Origin: Marsupella aquatica
Taxonomy: Eukaryota; Plantae; Marchantiophyta
Assembly (NCBI GenBank): GCA_973895155.1
Contig: OZ316899.1
Span: forward strand, 10,691,135 to 10,755,134
DNA length: 64,000 nt
Direction of reading: 5' to 3'
The position numbers were made by a program, and so were the translations under genes. Of the stretch, positions 1-14,000 are shown in pieces. The notes beneath the pieces are model-generated. The model was not told the DNA's origin and searched no databases. It saw only the letters and a list, made by a program, of their open reading frames with translations. The number at the start of each line of letters is the position of its first letter. Position 1 is the first letter of the stretch.

Positions 1-1452
1 TGCTGCTCCTCCTTTAAGATCTTCTTCAATTGGTTGAGGAGGTACCTGTTGTAGTCCCGGCTTGGGTCTGGCCTCTCTGCCAGATAGACCTGTGCTTTGC
101 CGATCTCTGCCCTCGGCAAGTTACAATGCATGGTCACCCGCAAGAAGTCGATCATCTCTCCTATGTGCAGGTTGGTGCAGGTGTTCCGGAAGAAGCCATT
201 CTTCGTTGATGGCCCGGGGAACGACCGGAACTCCTTGTCAGGCAAGGTCTTCCTGGTATCAACTTTGGTCTTATTGCCTATCGGCAAGCCAAACACTTCG
301 GCAATCACTTTGGGAGTAAGATAGAAATCCTTCCCATATATCCTCATGCAATTGGTCTCGGGTTCCCATGACCCCACGAATTCTAATAGGTCTGACTCCG
401 GTACCTCCGACTTCAGCCATGGTAATCTTACAAAGGCCTCTAAGCTGGATCCGACCATGAAGCCTTGGTACTTCTTGGTCTGCATGGCCGTAAAGCATGC
501 ATCCTCCTCCCGTGCAAAATGTAGTTGCACCTCCACCGGTAGGGTTGCCGCCCAGCCCTTCCAGGTGTCATCCCTGGTTGGAATGGCCTTGATGGGATCG
601 ACCTCCTCCTCTTTGGCTTCTCCCTGCCTCCTGCTCTGCTGCTCGGCTGGCTTCTTTGGTGCCGCCGACCTCGTTCTTTTTGCCGGGGTGGCTTCATCGT
701 TGACGGCTCCCTTCCTCTTCATCTCTGCTGCCGTGGAGGTTTCTCCTAGTACCGTTGCTTGGGTCCACCTTTCCGTGCTACCCTTTAATTCCCAGTGTAT
801 GTCGTTGCAGTTCTTGATGGCCTCTCGGATGCCGACGACGCTGTCTTTGCAAAACAGAAGATTGTCGAGTTGATTGGAAGTAGGAGTCCACAAGAACTCG
901 TCCTTGATGAGTTCGCCTCCTAAGAAAGCCGTCTTCTGCAGCTCCCACAATCGAGCGAGCTCCTGCCGTTCTCGAGCTGCCCTTTCTGATTCCTCGTCCT
1001 CGTAAGTCTTGATGTACTCAGTTGCCCGTTCGAACAGGCATCCCCAGAAATGTGCCGCTTGATTGACGTTGCTCATACCCTCCTTAGGTCAATCGTCGGT
1101 ATCTACTCTCTCCCCGAGTGCTTCCCTAAGCAGCTGACAGTAGTTGGCCTCCCGTAGTCGTCTGCCTAGTTTGTGCTCGCAAATGAGCCACCATCTCCTA
1201 CAAGCGCTCCTTACCCCTCTCCTCTTCAGGTCCTTCCTCCCGTTGATCCTTCCTAGCCGCCGATGCTTAACGCGCCCTAACCCTAATCGAGTTTTCTCCC
1301 ACAGCGTCCTTACCTCCGGCCTCGGCCCGGGTTCCATGGTCGCCCCTAATTGTTTATATTTTCCTTGTTTTGTCCCTATACTAAGGTGTTTCTAGGGTGC
1401 CTTCCTGCTTTACCCACTTAACTGGCCGAGTGATTCCTGTCTAGGCATCACA
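1..1452 (-). mobile_element. Family W giant ORF-bearing LTR-like unit, partial copy running off the window start; inserted into the gag of the AGT-LTR element
   Basis: On the minus strand it begins TGTGATGCCTAG at 1452, the same terminus as 11036 and 63014. It is near-identical (inverted) to 63014-64000 and carries the W ORF from 1337 with one stop at 1089. Confidence 0.85.
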
Positions 1453-2609
1453 CAACTACAAATCCTTTAATATATTAGTAATAATTTATGGATAAAGTTG
1501 TGAAGCTGTGTATGTAGGGTCTCTTGCCCCGCCGGGATACACGCCAACTGGTTCTGGTAATAAGTGATGAACTTTTGGATATCACCCCTGAAGCTCATCT
1601 CCGTTACACAATTTTGAGCGTGCCGCTCTGGGTACTTAGTGGTGACATGAGCACAAAGACCCTCAACCAGGTTTTCCCAAGTTAATGGCAAGGAGGAGTC
1701 TTCCCTCGACTTCTTCCATGACTTGTGCCAAGTCAAGGCATAGTCCTTCAGGTAAGGAGCAGCTGCATAGCCCAAGTGGAACGCTCAACGCACGCTTGGA
1801 GATGAATCTCCATTGTGGAGAGCCAACTCAGGAACTTTTGTCCACTTTGTTTGTAGGCCCCGTCGTAAGTTGGAGGAGTACCACTGGTTCACTTGGAACA
1901 TACTCCGTCCAACTACCATTCCCCCCTTGGGATGCATCGCACTTTGACTACCCAAACTAAGTAAGTACTTAATCTGGGCCCCCTTGTTGTGTTCCAACTG
2001 CTCATAAATGAGTCGCTGGTCTTGAGTCAATGGACCCAAACCGTTGTCCACGGTTGGGCCCTTGCGGGTTGTATGAGGACGGTCCTCCAACCATCTTTCC
2101 TTTGCAGGCTGCCTATCCTTAGGTTCTCTTGTGGATTTTGGTGACACCCCCCGCGTCCTGCGAGCACCATGACCTCCCGGGACTGAGGTATCACCCGCAT
2201 CGCCCTGGTTCTGCTTGGTCAAATTATCCACGATGACATCCGGCTTGACATCATCCTCTAGTTCCGCATCCAACCCTCTCAAGGCTGGGATCAGTTCCTC
2301 CTCTAGGTCTTGACCCTCTTCCTCCAATTCAGCTTTTGCATCATTGTTGCTTCCATCCGAGTCGGAGCCGTCATCGTCCGACCCGTTCTTTGAAGGATCA
2401 GCCACCTCCTTCCCTTTAAGTTGATGGCGCTCTGCACTTGACGTGTTTGCCAGGGCGGTCGACGGTTTGGCCGTTGCGTCTTCATCATCCTGCTTGTAAT
2501 GTTTGTCTAGGGAAGTCAACCCGTCCTCCTTCTATTTGTCTTAGACTTGGGCTCTTCCCTTGGCGGGGGGAGCTTGTTTGCCACTCTTTGATTGAGTGTT
2601 TTTAGCCAT
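1453..2609 (-). pseudogene. Ty3/gypsy gag remnant of the AGT...ACT LTR element, truncated by the family W insertion
   Basis: ATG at 2609 follows the PBS. YAAAPYLKDYALTW...LTWENL...DIQKFITYY resembles Retrotrans_gag. Contains stops and frameshifts. Confidence 0.7.
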
Positions 2610-2741
2610 TTTTCCCAACGACCAAATCTTCCCGCAGTCAACCCACCGTGCACTTTGAAGCACTAAGTCCCCGCAAACATCCGTTAAGATTTTTGGATTC
2701 CAACTTAGCACAACCCCGGCCCGGTGTCTATGCCAGCAATC

Positions 2742-2753
2742 GCTCTAATACCA
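2742..2753 (-). promoter_or_regulatory. Primer binding site (tRNA-iMet type)
   Basis: Minus strand reads TGGTATTAGAGC, 2 nt inside the LTR end. Confidence 0.8.
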
Positions 2754-2755
2754 CA

Positions 2756-4226
2756 AGTGGTGGACCTAGCCACCCAGCGCCCTCACCAATCCCAGCACTC
2801 ACGCCTTAGTGCTCCTGGTGCCCGAACACCTCCACGGAGTACCTCGAGCAAGCACCCTAGTGCCCCTTGCACCACCAGTGGCCCCTCCCATATGAAGCCG
2901 CACTTGCTCACCTACACAACCGCTACTCAACGGTCCTCACTGTTTGCACAAGCAACCAAGCACCTTGGTAAGTAACCCTTCAGGATCTAGAACTCACCAA
3001 GTCTAGCATCCTAACTCAAGCTCAACAAACATTGGTAAATAGGTTAGCAATAGGTCCTCCCAATGCCATAAGCCGGAACCAGAACCCACGCCCACTGTTT
3101 GTCTAGAACAGCTCCTTCCATGGGCGCGGCCCGGGTTCCCCCTTGTACTTATCCATCACCAACTGACCACCCTAACCTCAGGACATGTTCATGGCCCAAG
3201 TAGCGTAGCTTGTCCTAAAGCTTGTCCCAACACGTCGGGACCAGAATGGCCCCACCTCTAGCAACCAACTCCCAAATTGCCTCACTGACGGTCTAGGGAC
3301 CAAGCACTCTTGGAACTCAACCTCCACACCTACTTGGCCTTGCCTCCTCAATGCAAGCTCCCTTGGGAGACAAAATGCAACTGGGCCGCTGTTGGGCAGG
3401 ATTTGGCAAGCGGACAAGTTAACACCCGCAAACCCCAAGAACCCATGGTGCCCCAAAACCCAGCTGATCTCAAGAGGGCGTAGCCCTCCTCAAGAGATTT
3501 CCAACGCACTCAAGAAGTCCTCCAACGGACTTCCCGTTGGGAATATATTATTGTTTCCGTTTGGCAGTTTCCCTTAGTGTCGCGATCGCCGCGGCTCACG
3601 ACTTTGGCTCACCCTTAGCCCCCAGGGAGACACCACTCCCCTCATATATTCTTCTGGAGACCTGCCACCCCCGGACTAAACATTTGGCCTCCAACCCGGA
3701 ACCTATCGCGCATAACGGGCGGCCACCAACTGACAACGCCCATAACTCTCTCGTTAGGCATCCGCAAGCGGAGTGCCTTAGCCCGTTGGGATCGGGCAGA
3801 CCCAGTGCTCATGCCTAGGCCCTCAGGTCTCATCGCCGCTTGGGGCCCCGGATAGGCCCAACCCGGATCGGACCATAACTTGTGCCCCAAGCGTCCATTG
3901 CCCATGGCGTCAACTCCATTGGCCTTGGGCCCAAGAGGAGCTCACACCCAAGCCCTCAGAACTCAAAGTCCATCCGGAGGTCCGGACGGTTGTTCTTGAG
4001 CCCGGCCCATTTCCGCTTGACACAACCAGCTCTCAGCTAGCCCAAGTCCTTAATGTGTGTCACCAGCTTGGCTCCTTGCCTTCGCTAGCTCCACGTCTCG
4101 TCGCTCACAAGTCTCCCCATGCTAAGTCCTCCCCAGATGGCCTATCCGCGCCTAGACCATAAGGGAGCTTGGCATCGGAGTCAGCGACGCCGAAGCTAAG
4201 TGTTAAGGTAGTCGAGTTCCGCGACT
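2756..4226 (-). mobile_element. 5' LTR (1471 bp) with AGT...ACT termini
   Basis: Homologous (inverted) to 16009-17497, and the homology stops exactly at AGT and ACT. PBS and gag are adjacent. Confidence 0.85.
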
Positions 4227-5041
4227 CAGGGGGGACTTCAGTTGTGTGATCTCACGTAGACTGAGCAACCGGGAGGAGCTCTGTGCAAGGAAGGCTGGGC
4301 TTGGAAGCTGTGTGTTGGGAAGAACTTGGTTGTGCTATTACTCAGGGAGTGATCAGCATGCTTCACAGCAAGAGTTGGCTAGGTTTGTAAGCTGGATTGT
4401 GGCTCTTTCTAGTAGGCAACGCCACTGGGTTCTTTTCCCCCAATACAGAGCCTTGGTGACAGGTGATGTGTTGGTGATTGTAAAATGTGGGGAGGATTTC
4501 AATGTGATTTGCGGTGAGCACATTAGGAAGGCTGAGATACTGATTGAGGGGCAGCAGGAGGAGCATTTACAATTTAGTATGGCAAGGCTACGTGATCCAT
4601 GGGGAGTCTCGGCTTTGTCTGGTAGAGAGCACTAAGGGATTTATGGCCAGAGCTGAGCTTGCAGGGCAAGCGTGAGGCCGGGCCTCATTGCAGTCTGGGG
4701 TAGATTGTTGTTAGGCCTGGTACCAGCTTTGAAGTCGAGTCAACTGTGCATGCGTAATTTGCCATTCTAAAATGGAGGTTGAGATCTGTATGTGCCCCCA
4801 AGAATGAAGTGTAGTGAAGGAGGTTGAGTTCAGGATTGAGTTTGCAAGGCAATTACGGGATTGGTTCGTGTCCAATCTGCCGTTGCAATCTGGAGTGAGA
4901 CGGGCTCAAGTTCAGGATTGAGCTTGCATGGCAAGCACGTCGCAATCTGGAGTAGACAGCCTTCGGGCCTATTGTTCGGATCAAGTGTTCTCAGTGAACT
5001 ATTGTGCACATCTTTGAATCTAATTGAGTTTTCCTCTTAGG

Positions 5042-7243
5042 TGTAATAGAGGGGTTAAGCCCTTAAGGATAGAAAAGTTATCTTATGTGAAAAAAATAGT
5101 TTTCAATGACCATGTTGAGGACCTTGAATGACTATTTAAGCATCTGTGAGTATATTAAGCTTGAATCATGCCAAGGTGCATATAAAGATGTTATGGTCCC
5201 TCATCCAACTCAATAAGTGAAAGAGGAATAAAACCATAAATGGATTGGTATTGGGAAAATCTGATAGCGAGGAGAGACCTACTTCAACCCCTCAAGCAAA
5301 GGTTTAACTTTGGAATTGAGATTCAACTTTTCACAAATTTGAGTTAGACGGCTAATTCTAAGGTGAATTAATCAGTGCATTTCAGCAACAAGTAGCTCAA
5401 TCTTTTATCAAGGTTGTGTTACCCCACCTTCCAGTAGTTCATGAAAAAAATTACACCAACTAAGTGATGGAAATTGAGGAGTTATTCCATCCGGAATTTG
5501 AGCCGGTTTCCATCCGGTTTTTGAACCGGTTTTTGATCCGGTTTGGACATACCATCCGGTAGAAAAATTACTATAACTCTCAAACCATTTATCCAAATCA
5601 AGATCTGTAAAGTGTGTTGGAAAGCTCTTTCCGATGCGGTTAAGATATATATAAAGAAGTCTGAAAATGGACTCGAAATGACCCACTTAATATTATGAGA
5701 CTCCAACCGGTGCAACCAAGAGATATCCGAGATTTCCGGACAAATAATGGAATGAAGATTTTGAAGCGTTGTTTCCACACCATTTGACCTTCAAGATGTC
5801 TGACTTTGGACCAATAGGAAGCATGATCCATGGCTAAAGACCTTAACCAATCAAAATGGTTGGATAAGTATGAAAAGATATACCCATTCATTGGAAGATG
5901 GAGAGACTCGATAGTCAAATTCTTATTACTCTGGCACTCCTACATTTTACTTATACCAATGGACATTATCTCAAGACCTCATTTTTGGAAACCTTTCACT
6001 TTAAAACCAAGAAATGTACTACTTGCTTACTATTTTACTACTACCTTTGGAGGTGTCACTTTCATGCCAAACCCTCTCAACTCCATTGATCCAGTAGTAG
6101 ACTCCACATCGGTGAAGCCTGACACTTCAACTCCCGAAGAGTAAAAAGTTATTCCATCCGGAAGTTGAACCGGCTTCCCATCCGGTTTCCCACCCGGTTT
6201 TTGATCCGGTTTCGTGTTTGAAGCCCTATAAAACTTAGTATAGGAAGAATTAGACTTTGAATTTTTGCTGAGAGCTTTATCTCATAGTCTAGTTTCAGAC
6301 CTTAGCATTACTTTTTACTTTTACACTCAAGTTAGGAATTGAAGAGACATACCTCTTCAACTTTTGTTTAGAGGAGACTTGTCCCTAAGTATAAGAGGGA
6401 AAGTTTCCACCATTTTACTCAAACTTACATTGCACTTTTGAAAGTCTCCTTCTTTGAAGAGAAGTAATAGATTCATAATTTTGGTGATCTATGCTTTGTG
6501 TTTGGATATTAGTGTGTGACCATTTTTGCTAGAAAATCTATGGAAAGTGACTAGCAATGTCATAGTTAACCTTTAGTCTGACTGGAAATGCATGTCTGAG
6601 ACCATGCAAAGGTCTAAAGATTCATGTTGACTATGGAATACTTATGGCTTATTAAGTATTAGTGGAAGAAGCACCATACGAGAACTCACAAATTGCATAG
6701 TCCTAAAAGAGCAATCTGAAGGATTGAATAAAAGAATAACTTAGTTCGGAGTGATGAGTACCACCTTTGCCTTGACATAGGTCAAAAAGTTAATATGGGC
6801 TATCTTATATACATCTTTTACAAATTCTTAGATGGTTGGCTTTAAGGATTAGCTTTAGGCATCAGCCTAATTTAGTCAGACTCTCTGTTGACTCTTAATC
6901 GTGCCTAACTTAGTCATAGATTGCTAAGTGGTGAGAGGAGATGAGACATTTAAGGCTCGTCTAATCCTCTCTTTACGCCTCCCGCTTTTGGTTGTTTTGT
7001 TATAGTTTTAGAATTAATTATTGCACTGTTGATGATGCAAACATCACAATACCTGAGGATGTATTAAGAACTCCTTCCACCTGACCTAAGCATGTCGGTA
7101 AAGGCTTAAAATCTGAGATAGGTTAGCTTAACTATCTCAAAGTATATTAATACAATCTTTTAGGTCTCACAAGCTCTTAACGGGAACGAATTCAGGTTGT
7201 TTAAGAGGAAAGTAGTTCATATTTCCTTAAACCCTACTCTACA
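5042..7243. mobile_element. Solo LTR, family Y (2202 bp)
   Basis: TGTA...TACA termini with a perfect 5-bp TSD TTAGG (5037-5041 / 7244-7248). A second, inverted copy lies at 52085-54299. Confidence 0.9.
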
Positions 7244-9829
7244 TTAGGCCTCATTTCTCTCATGGATGTGTGTGAGGCAATCTGAGTGTATGATGGGACT
7301 AGCAGCGCCACTGAGAGGTGTACCAGGTGCATTGAAGTGGGTTGGGTGAGGGCTGTCATAGCTCTAATTGCTGAGAGTGGAATGGCAGAGTGGTGGGCTA
7401 TGGCACGCGTGATAGTAAACAGGAAACGGGTTTACTGGTACCAGGAAAAATTTTCTTGTTACCAGCAAAAAGTTACTGTTACCAGGAAAAATAACCATGT
7501 CAAAATATTTTCTAAAAAGTCTCATTTTCCAAAAAAATCTAAGTTACAACATTTTTTGGCTAGCTTTGGGCACTAGCAACCAAAAACAAAAAACAAAAAA
7601 AAAAATCCCAAAAAACAACGAAGAAAAAAAATTCAAAAAAAAATCAAAAAAAATTACCACTCATTTTCCTGTTACCAGTTTTTGTTTTCTGTTACTGTTT
7701 GCTATTTCTTGTCATTTGTAAATACCCCGAGTGGTGGGGCAATGGCTTAGAAGTCCCTAAGCTGGGAATCAGTCACGAGTCACTGGTTTATGGGTACATT
7801 TTGGCGGCGGAATAGAAATATACCTATGACAATAAGCATATGTATAGACATATGCACACCGTAGCGCTAGGCCTTGTGTGTACGGGCCCGATATGAAGAC
7901 CCCTTCTCACTAGAACTATCATGAGCACAGGATCTGATTCCCAACCTTGGTTCCTAGGGATTAAGCTTGGGTGATGTGTGACAGAGTCTTGCTATGATAG
8001 TTTGGTGTTAAGGGCATAAACTGGTGTTTACCGGCGTTCACAACATCCCTTCGTGATCCTCAGGTACAAGGAGATGGTTTTGGCACCCAATAGTGACGTT
8101 TTTGGTGTTAAGACCCATGTCAATCGCGTGACACTCTCAAATGCCTTAAGTGTCATTCCTGTATTATCTCCACAGTACATTGTTTGACAATACACGTCAA
8201 TGCAGGTCAGAAAAATTGTTGTGTTTGGTGCATGCTTGTTTTCTATCTGGTCGGTGTTTAATTAACATTGCTGCAACATCACTCACTTGGAACAATGATG
8301 TCGTCTATGAAATGAAACTTGCACCATTGACTAGCTAAGAAATAAAGTTGGTGATAGATTGATAGAATTGAAGAACATCAAGGGCTAACTTACTCCAAAA
8401 AAACACAGCATGGGTAATATACAAAGAGGATGCATGCATGAAAGAGAGGAGAATTGTAATGTTATTGTGAACAACATTTGCTCATAGAATTGAGACAACA
8501 ACCATTAAAACATTCAATTACGGTTCAAAAATTGAAGCAGAACAAGAGAGGAGAGTGGAGAGCACAACAAAGAATTAGGCTTGGACCAAGAAGAATGACA
8601 TTTAAAAAAACCCATCCCCGAGCACCATAGACAAACAATGATCAACTCATAGGGCCACTGAATTCCACATGCACGATTGCACTTGGACAAAAATGAAAGC
8701 AAGTACCCATGTTCACTTTCATTCAACCATACACTGAATGCGTTACCTTCAGGTCAACAATGAAATGGAGTCCTCAATGGCCACCCAACTTGATGAAAGG
8801 TGCAGAGTACAACTTGTACTCCCACATCATAGCTCCAACCTTCGTGGTCACTCCTTCCAACAAGCTCTCAACTCACTGCTTCTAAGTCGCAGCTCCAGCC
8901 ATAGCTCACAGGTCCCTGTATCGCAACGTCATCTCACATATATTGCATGTTCTTGCCCTCTAAGGACTTTTGCAAGCTCTATACCCAACCTTTGCCTCAC
9001 TCAAGAGAAAATGCAAAGGTAACAATGTGACAATTGGAAGCTAAAGACACATGTAATATACACAGTAGGCCACCAATGTCTGCAGCTCCTTCAACGATCG
9101 GAAATGATATCAGTGACAACAGTGAAGTTGTCATTTTTGTATACAAAATCCCTAAACAACCCAATAAGTAGATAGTTCATGCAAGTAGCTCCTTTGATGG
9201 TCGACAATGAATATATAAGTCACAAGCAAAGCTTGGACATGTGACTATGCTAGACGTTTACTAGGGGGAGGATCTAGTGGACTTATGAGGCCTAAAACCT
9301 GTATGGGAAACTCCCTATCAATTGTTCTCAAAAGAGGCAAATGTTTCCTTAGTCAAATGTCATGGACACTGCCTTATTCATGTGAGTTTACCTACAATTA
9401 CATTTGGTCTTCCAGGTGTGCTTAGTATGATAACAAGAATGAAAGCAAGTACAAACACTCACTTCATTGAACCTACATTGTCATGGATTGCAAGATTACT
9501 CTAGTACACTTCATGCATCACCTTCAGGTCAAGTCGTAGCTCTCACAGGTCATAGCTCCAAGTTGTAGCTGTAGCCACAACTTACAAGTCCAGCTCCCTT
9601 GTCAGCTCACATGAATTGCGCCTCCCTTGGTTGCACTCCATGCATTTGCTCCTGGTTGCAACACAAACATTAAGTAGTCAATAAGCAGGGCCACTTTCAT
9701 TGTAGACAATGTCACATACATCCTACCTGAATGGTTTACATTGGAAGCACTCTCATAATGTCCCTGGCCGTAGCCTTCACTCTCATTAGGCACTGATTGA
9801 TGTGAAGCTAGACACGTCAATGCCACCAT

Positions 9830-9972
9830 TCAGTGACCGCAACTCAAACTTTCAACTCTCAGTGACCGCAGCTAAAATAGCTCAACTCTCTATGACCGCA
9901 GCTCAAAGAGCTCAACTCTCAGTGACTGCAGGTCAAATAGCTCAAGTCTTAGTGACCGCACCTGAAACTCAA
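9830..9972. repeat. 30-bp tandem minisatellite (~5 copies)
   Basis: Unit is approximately CAGTGACCGCAGCTCAAATAGCTCAACTCT. Confidence 0.75.
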
Positions 9973-10419
9973 TTTGCTGAAACTCAGCAGGTCAAAGCCA
10001 CTGTTGCACAAGTACACCCTTTACCTCACTGACGCCGAAAGCTCTCACTACAGCTGTCACATTTTGCAAATTGTAAACCATGGGATTAGTGAGGACCTCG
10101 GTGCACCTAGGACGTAGCCTTTGTCTTACTCAGAGGAGCACCCAAAGCCAGCAATGAACCCAAGAACTTTATGCGCTCGCAGTACCCAGGCTCCTAAACC
10201 CCAAGCTCAGTCCTCCATTGACAAAATGTCAATCAATCAGCCCTGCGTTGAGCTATGACCTCCCAATAAAGAGCTTGTAGCCTTCAACTAGAAGCGCACA
10301 AACATATATGGAGACGCGGTTCACGGTCGCAGCCTGATAGGAATGATGCAATGAAAGTTGGATCTCACTAACAGATTAGTAGCGACGCAATCTGAAGCTG
10401 TGAAGCAATCCTTTGCACA

Positions 10420-10535
10420 TAGTCGATGCAGCACACAGTTGATGCAACACACAATCAATGCAACACACAGTCAATGCAGCTCACACTTGCGCTCACTTGA
10501 TGCAACACACACTTTGATTTTTGTCGATGCAACTT
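10420..10535. repeat. Degenerate ~16-bp tandem repeat
   Basis: GATGCAACACACAGTC-like units. Confidence 0.6.
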
Positions 10536-11035
10536 CAGCCTGAGTGAGAAACTGCCAAGCATTTTTCCCTCACAAAGAATGCGCAATTGGCTCCTTTGTC
10601 TGAAAACATTAAACCCTAAATCTGGTTTTATGTAGCAGAATTGCTTACAACTGTGAGATCCTCCTATCTTGAAGCTTACAACGGTCAGATTGCCACTAGA
10701 TTAAGGCAAGCACTCTTCATCAGTACGCATGCTCATTCCATCACATTCAAAGTTTGGAATACCCTTATGAGGTATGCAACATGCATGGGTCAATACTTTC
10801 TTGGATCTAGGTAATTTTGGACCTTTTAAGGTATCTCACTCTCACAATGTATATATGAAGGGGGAGTACGTACATGAAGTTTTCTGGGGTATGGCAATAA
10901 GTAAACCCAGCCTGCATATGTGAGGCTGAAATTGGGATGTAAGCATGCACTTTGGCCCGGCCAAAAGACCTCAATAGAAAAATTAGAGATAGACTAGAAA
11001 AAGCATTAAGTTAGGTTAGCAAGCTTTGACAAAGC

Positions 11036-14000
11036 TGTGATGCCTAGCCAGAAATCATTAGGCCAGTTTAATTAGTAAAATCAGGAGTGTACCCTAGGAA
11101 TCACCTTAGTATAGTAACAAAAATAGGGAAATATAAACAATTAAGGGTGACTATGGAACCCGAGTCAAGGCTGAAAGTAAGGACGCTGGGGGAAACATGA
11201 TTAGGGTTAGGGAGCGCTAAGTACCGGCGGCTACTAATGGGAAGGAAGACCAGCCAAGGGGGGGGGGTAAGGACCGAGCGCAAGGACTGGCGGCTCATTT
11301 GCAGACACAAGCCAAGCGGATGACTACGGGAGGCCAACTGCTGTCCACTGCTCAGGCAAGCACTTGGGGTGGAAGCATATACCGACGATCAACTCAAGAG
11401 GGGTATGAGCAACGTCAATCAAACTGCTCATTTTTGGGGATGTCTGTTAGAACGGGCAACTGAGTACATTGGGACCTACCAGGACAAAGAATCAGAGAGA
11501 GCGACTCGAGAACGGCAGGAGCTTGCTTGGCTGTGGGAGCTGTAGAAGTCTGCTTTCTTAGGAGGAAAACTCATTACGGCTGAATTCTTGTGGACGCCTA
11601 CTGCCGACGAACTCGACGATCTTCTGTTTTGTGAGAACAAGATAGTCGGCATCCGGGAGGCCATCAACCGCCGCAACAACATACACTGGGAGTTGAAGGG
11701 TAGCATGGAGGGGTGGACGAAGGCAACCGTGCTAGGAGAAACATCCACGGCAGCCGCTATGAAGAGGAAAGGGAACAACAACAAAGAAGCCACCCCTGCG
11801 AAAAGAACAAGGTCGGTGGCACCCAGGAAACCAGCAGAGTAGAGAAGAAGGAGGCAAGCGGAAGCCAAAGAGGAGGAGGTCAACCCCGTCAATGCCGTTC
11901 CAACAAGAGATGACACCTAGAAAGGCTGGGCGGCGACCCTCCCCAAGGAGGTGCAATTACACTTTGCGAGGGAAGAGGATGCATGCTTTACGGCTATGCA
12001 GACTCGGAAATACCAGGGCTTCATGGCGGGATCCGGCTTGGAAGCATTTGTAAAGTTACCATGGCTGAAGCCGGAGGTACTGGATTCAGACTTACTGGAA
12101 TTTGTGGGATCATGGGAGCCCGAGACCAATTCCACAAGGGTGCATGGGAAGGATTTCTATCTCACTCCCTAGGTGATTGCCGAAGTGTTTGGCTTGCCGA
12201 TGGGCAATAAGACCAAAGTAGATACCAGGAAGACCTTGCCAGGCAAGGAGTTTTGGTCGTTTCCAGGGCCATCAACAAAGAATGGCTTCTTCCGAAACAC
12301 CTGCACCAACCCGCACATAGGAGAAATGATCGATTTCTTGCGGGTGACCCTGCATTGTAACTTGCCAAGGGCAGAGATCGGCAAGGCACAGGTCTATCTG
12401 GCGGAGAGGCCAGACCCAAGCCGAGACTACAACGGGTACCTCCTCACCCAACTAAAGAAGATCTTGAAGGAGGAACAGCTGGTGATCGGCATGGGAAGCG
12501 TGTCCCGACTTGGTTATCACATGCCGTTGTTGTGCCGGTATGCCCGAAGCCAGATATTTGCCCCGGTACTGCCCCTGTAGGCAAGAGCACCAGAGGAGGT
12601 TCCGGAACCAAGGCCGACAACAGAGAAACTGACCCAGCCCGACAGTCCTACAATTGAGCAGGTGTTTAGGCCGAGGAAGGAAGACTTGCCGATGCAGAAT
12701 CTGCTGAAATTGATGGAGAAGGAAAGGAGAACGGCAACGGGGCCAGTACAGAATACTGCTTCCGAGGTCGGCCTTAGCCAACTTACCAGGGAAAACCCCT
12801 TTACCATAGCCAAGGAGAGAAGGAGGCCGGAACATGAGTCGGGAGTCCGAATGTATGTAGGAGCTTCAAGTCCCGAACCCGAGGAGAAGCAGCCCGAGGC
12901 CCCTGGTCACGACAGGGAGAAGATGAGATCAATGTGGAAGCCAGAGGAACCAGGACCCATGATCTGTGGGGTTGTGTTCACGGCAGGACCAGGACAGCAG
13001 CGGGGGGAGCCGATAGAACAAGCCGAGGAGGAGGCGGTAGAAGGCTACGACAATGATGACTCCGGCTACGGGTTGGACCATCATGTTCCAGGAATAAAGA
13101 CCTGTGGCAGGTTCATCCCCACTCTTCCAAGAGTAGTTCGAAGGGACCCGACCCAGCAGAGCAGCCTCGAGTCTCCCCCACCAGATGTCGCTCCCCCGAG
13201 TTTTGACGGCATAAAATAGATGGCATAGGAGTTTCAAGAATGACGTAGGGAGGAAGAGGAGGCAGCCCTGGCAAGGGAGAAGGATTTACCAGGAGGAGAA
13301 TGGCCAGAGGACATCCGGCGGCTTGCAGGAAAACGAAGCAGCCCGCCAGCCATGATAGAAGAAATTTGCAAGGCTGCCTGGGAACAAAGGTCGCGGTGGA
13401 TGATGCCGATGACTTCTGCTCACTCCGCCTATGCTAAAGAACGAGCCATGGAGTACGAGGAGATGTGTGGGGAACTTGCGCTCGGCATCTTTGGGGAGGG
13501 GTTGGAGCAGGGACCTTTTTTGCAGAGGGAAATGTTGGAGAAGCACCGATTAGAAGAAGCGGTGGCTTTGGAAAGAAGCAAGAAGGACGAGGTCATCCGT
13601 CGGCTTAGGGCAAAGGAATCCGAGGTAGAAGACCTGAAGGCGTCCAAGAAAGCCCAAGATGAGCTGCAGATTAAGCGGCATGAGCTCAACATCATGCAGG
13701 GGCAATTGGATACCGCGCAGTCTGATAATCAGATTATCAAGGATAAACTGACTCAGACCCAATATGATCTGGCCGATTTGATCAAGGAGAAGGAGAAGTG
13801 GAAGCAAAAGCTGAGAGACACAATGGAGGCCCACATAGTAGCCAATAATCGGGCCATGGCGGAGACTCAGAGAAGGGAAAGGGCGTTGAAGGGGGAACTC
13901 AAGGATATCCGCGGAGCCCTTGAGCAGAAGGAGGCCGAGTTAGGGAAATCCTATCAGGCGATTATCGTGCTACGGCAGGAGCTCGCATCCATGACGGCCA

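Noticed and set aside
5408-6144. Short ORFs in family Y LTRs
   Set aside because: They have no recognisable domains and are not preserved between the two copies.
7400-7720. Imperfect inverted repeats with GTTACCAG motifs around an A-rich core
   Set aside because: Possibly a decayed non-autonomous DNA transposon, but no clean TIR or TSD could be defined.
8100-10950. Scattered short ORFs that might be a degraded gene
   Set aside because: No consistent motif or exon chain was recognisable.
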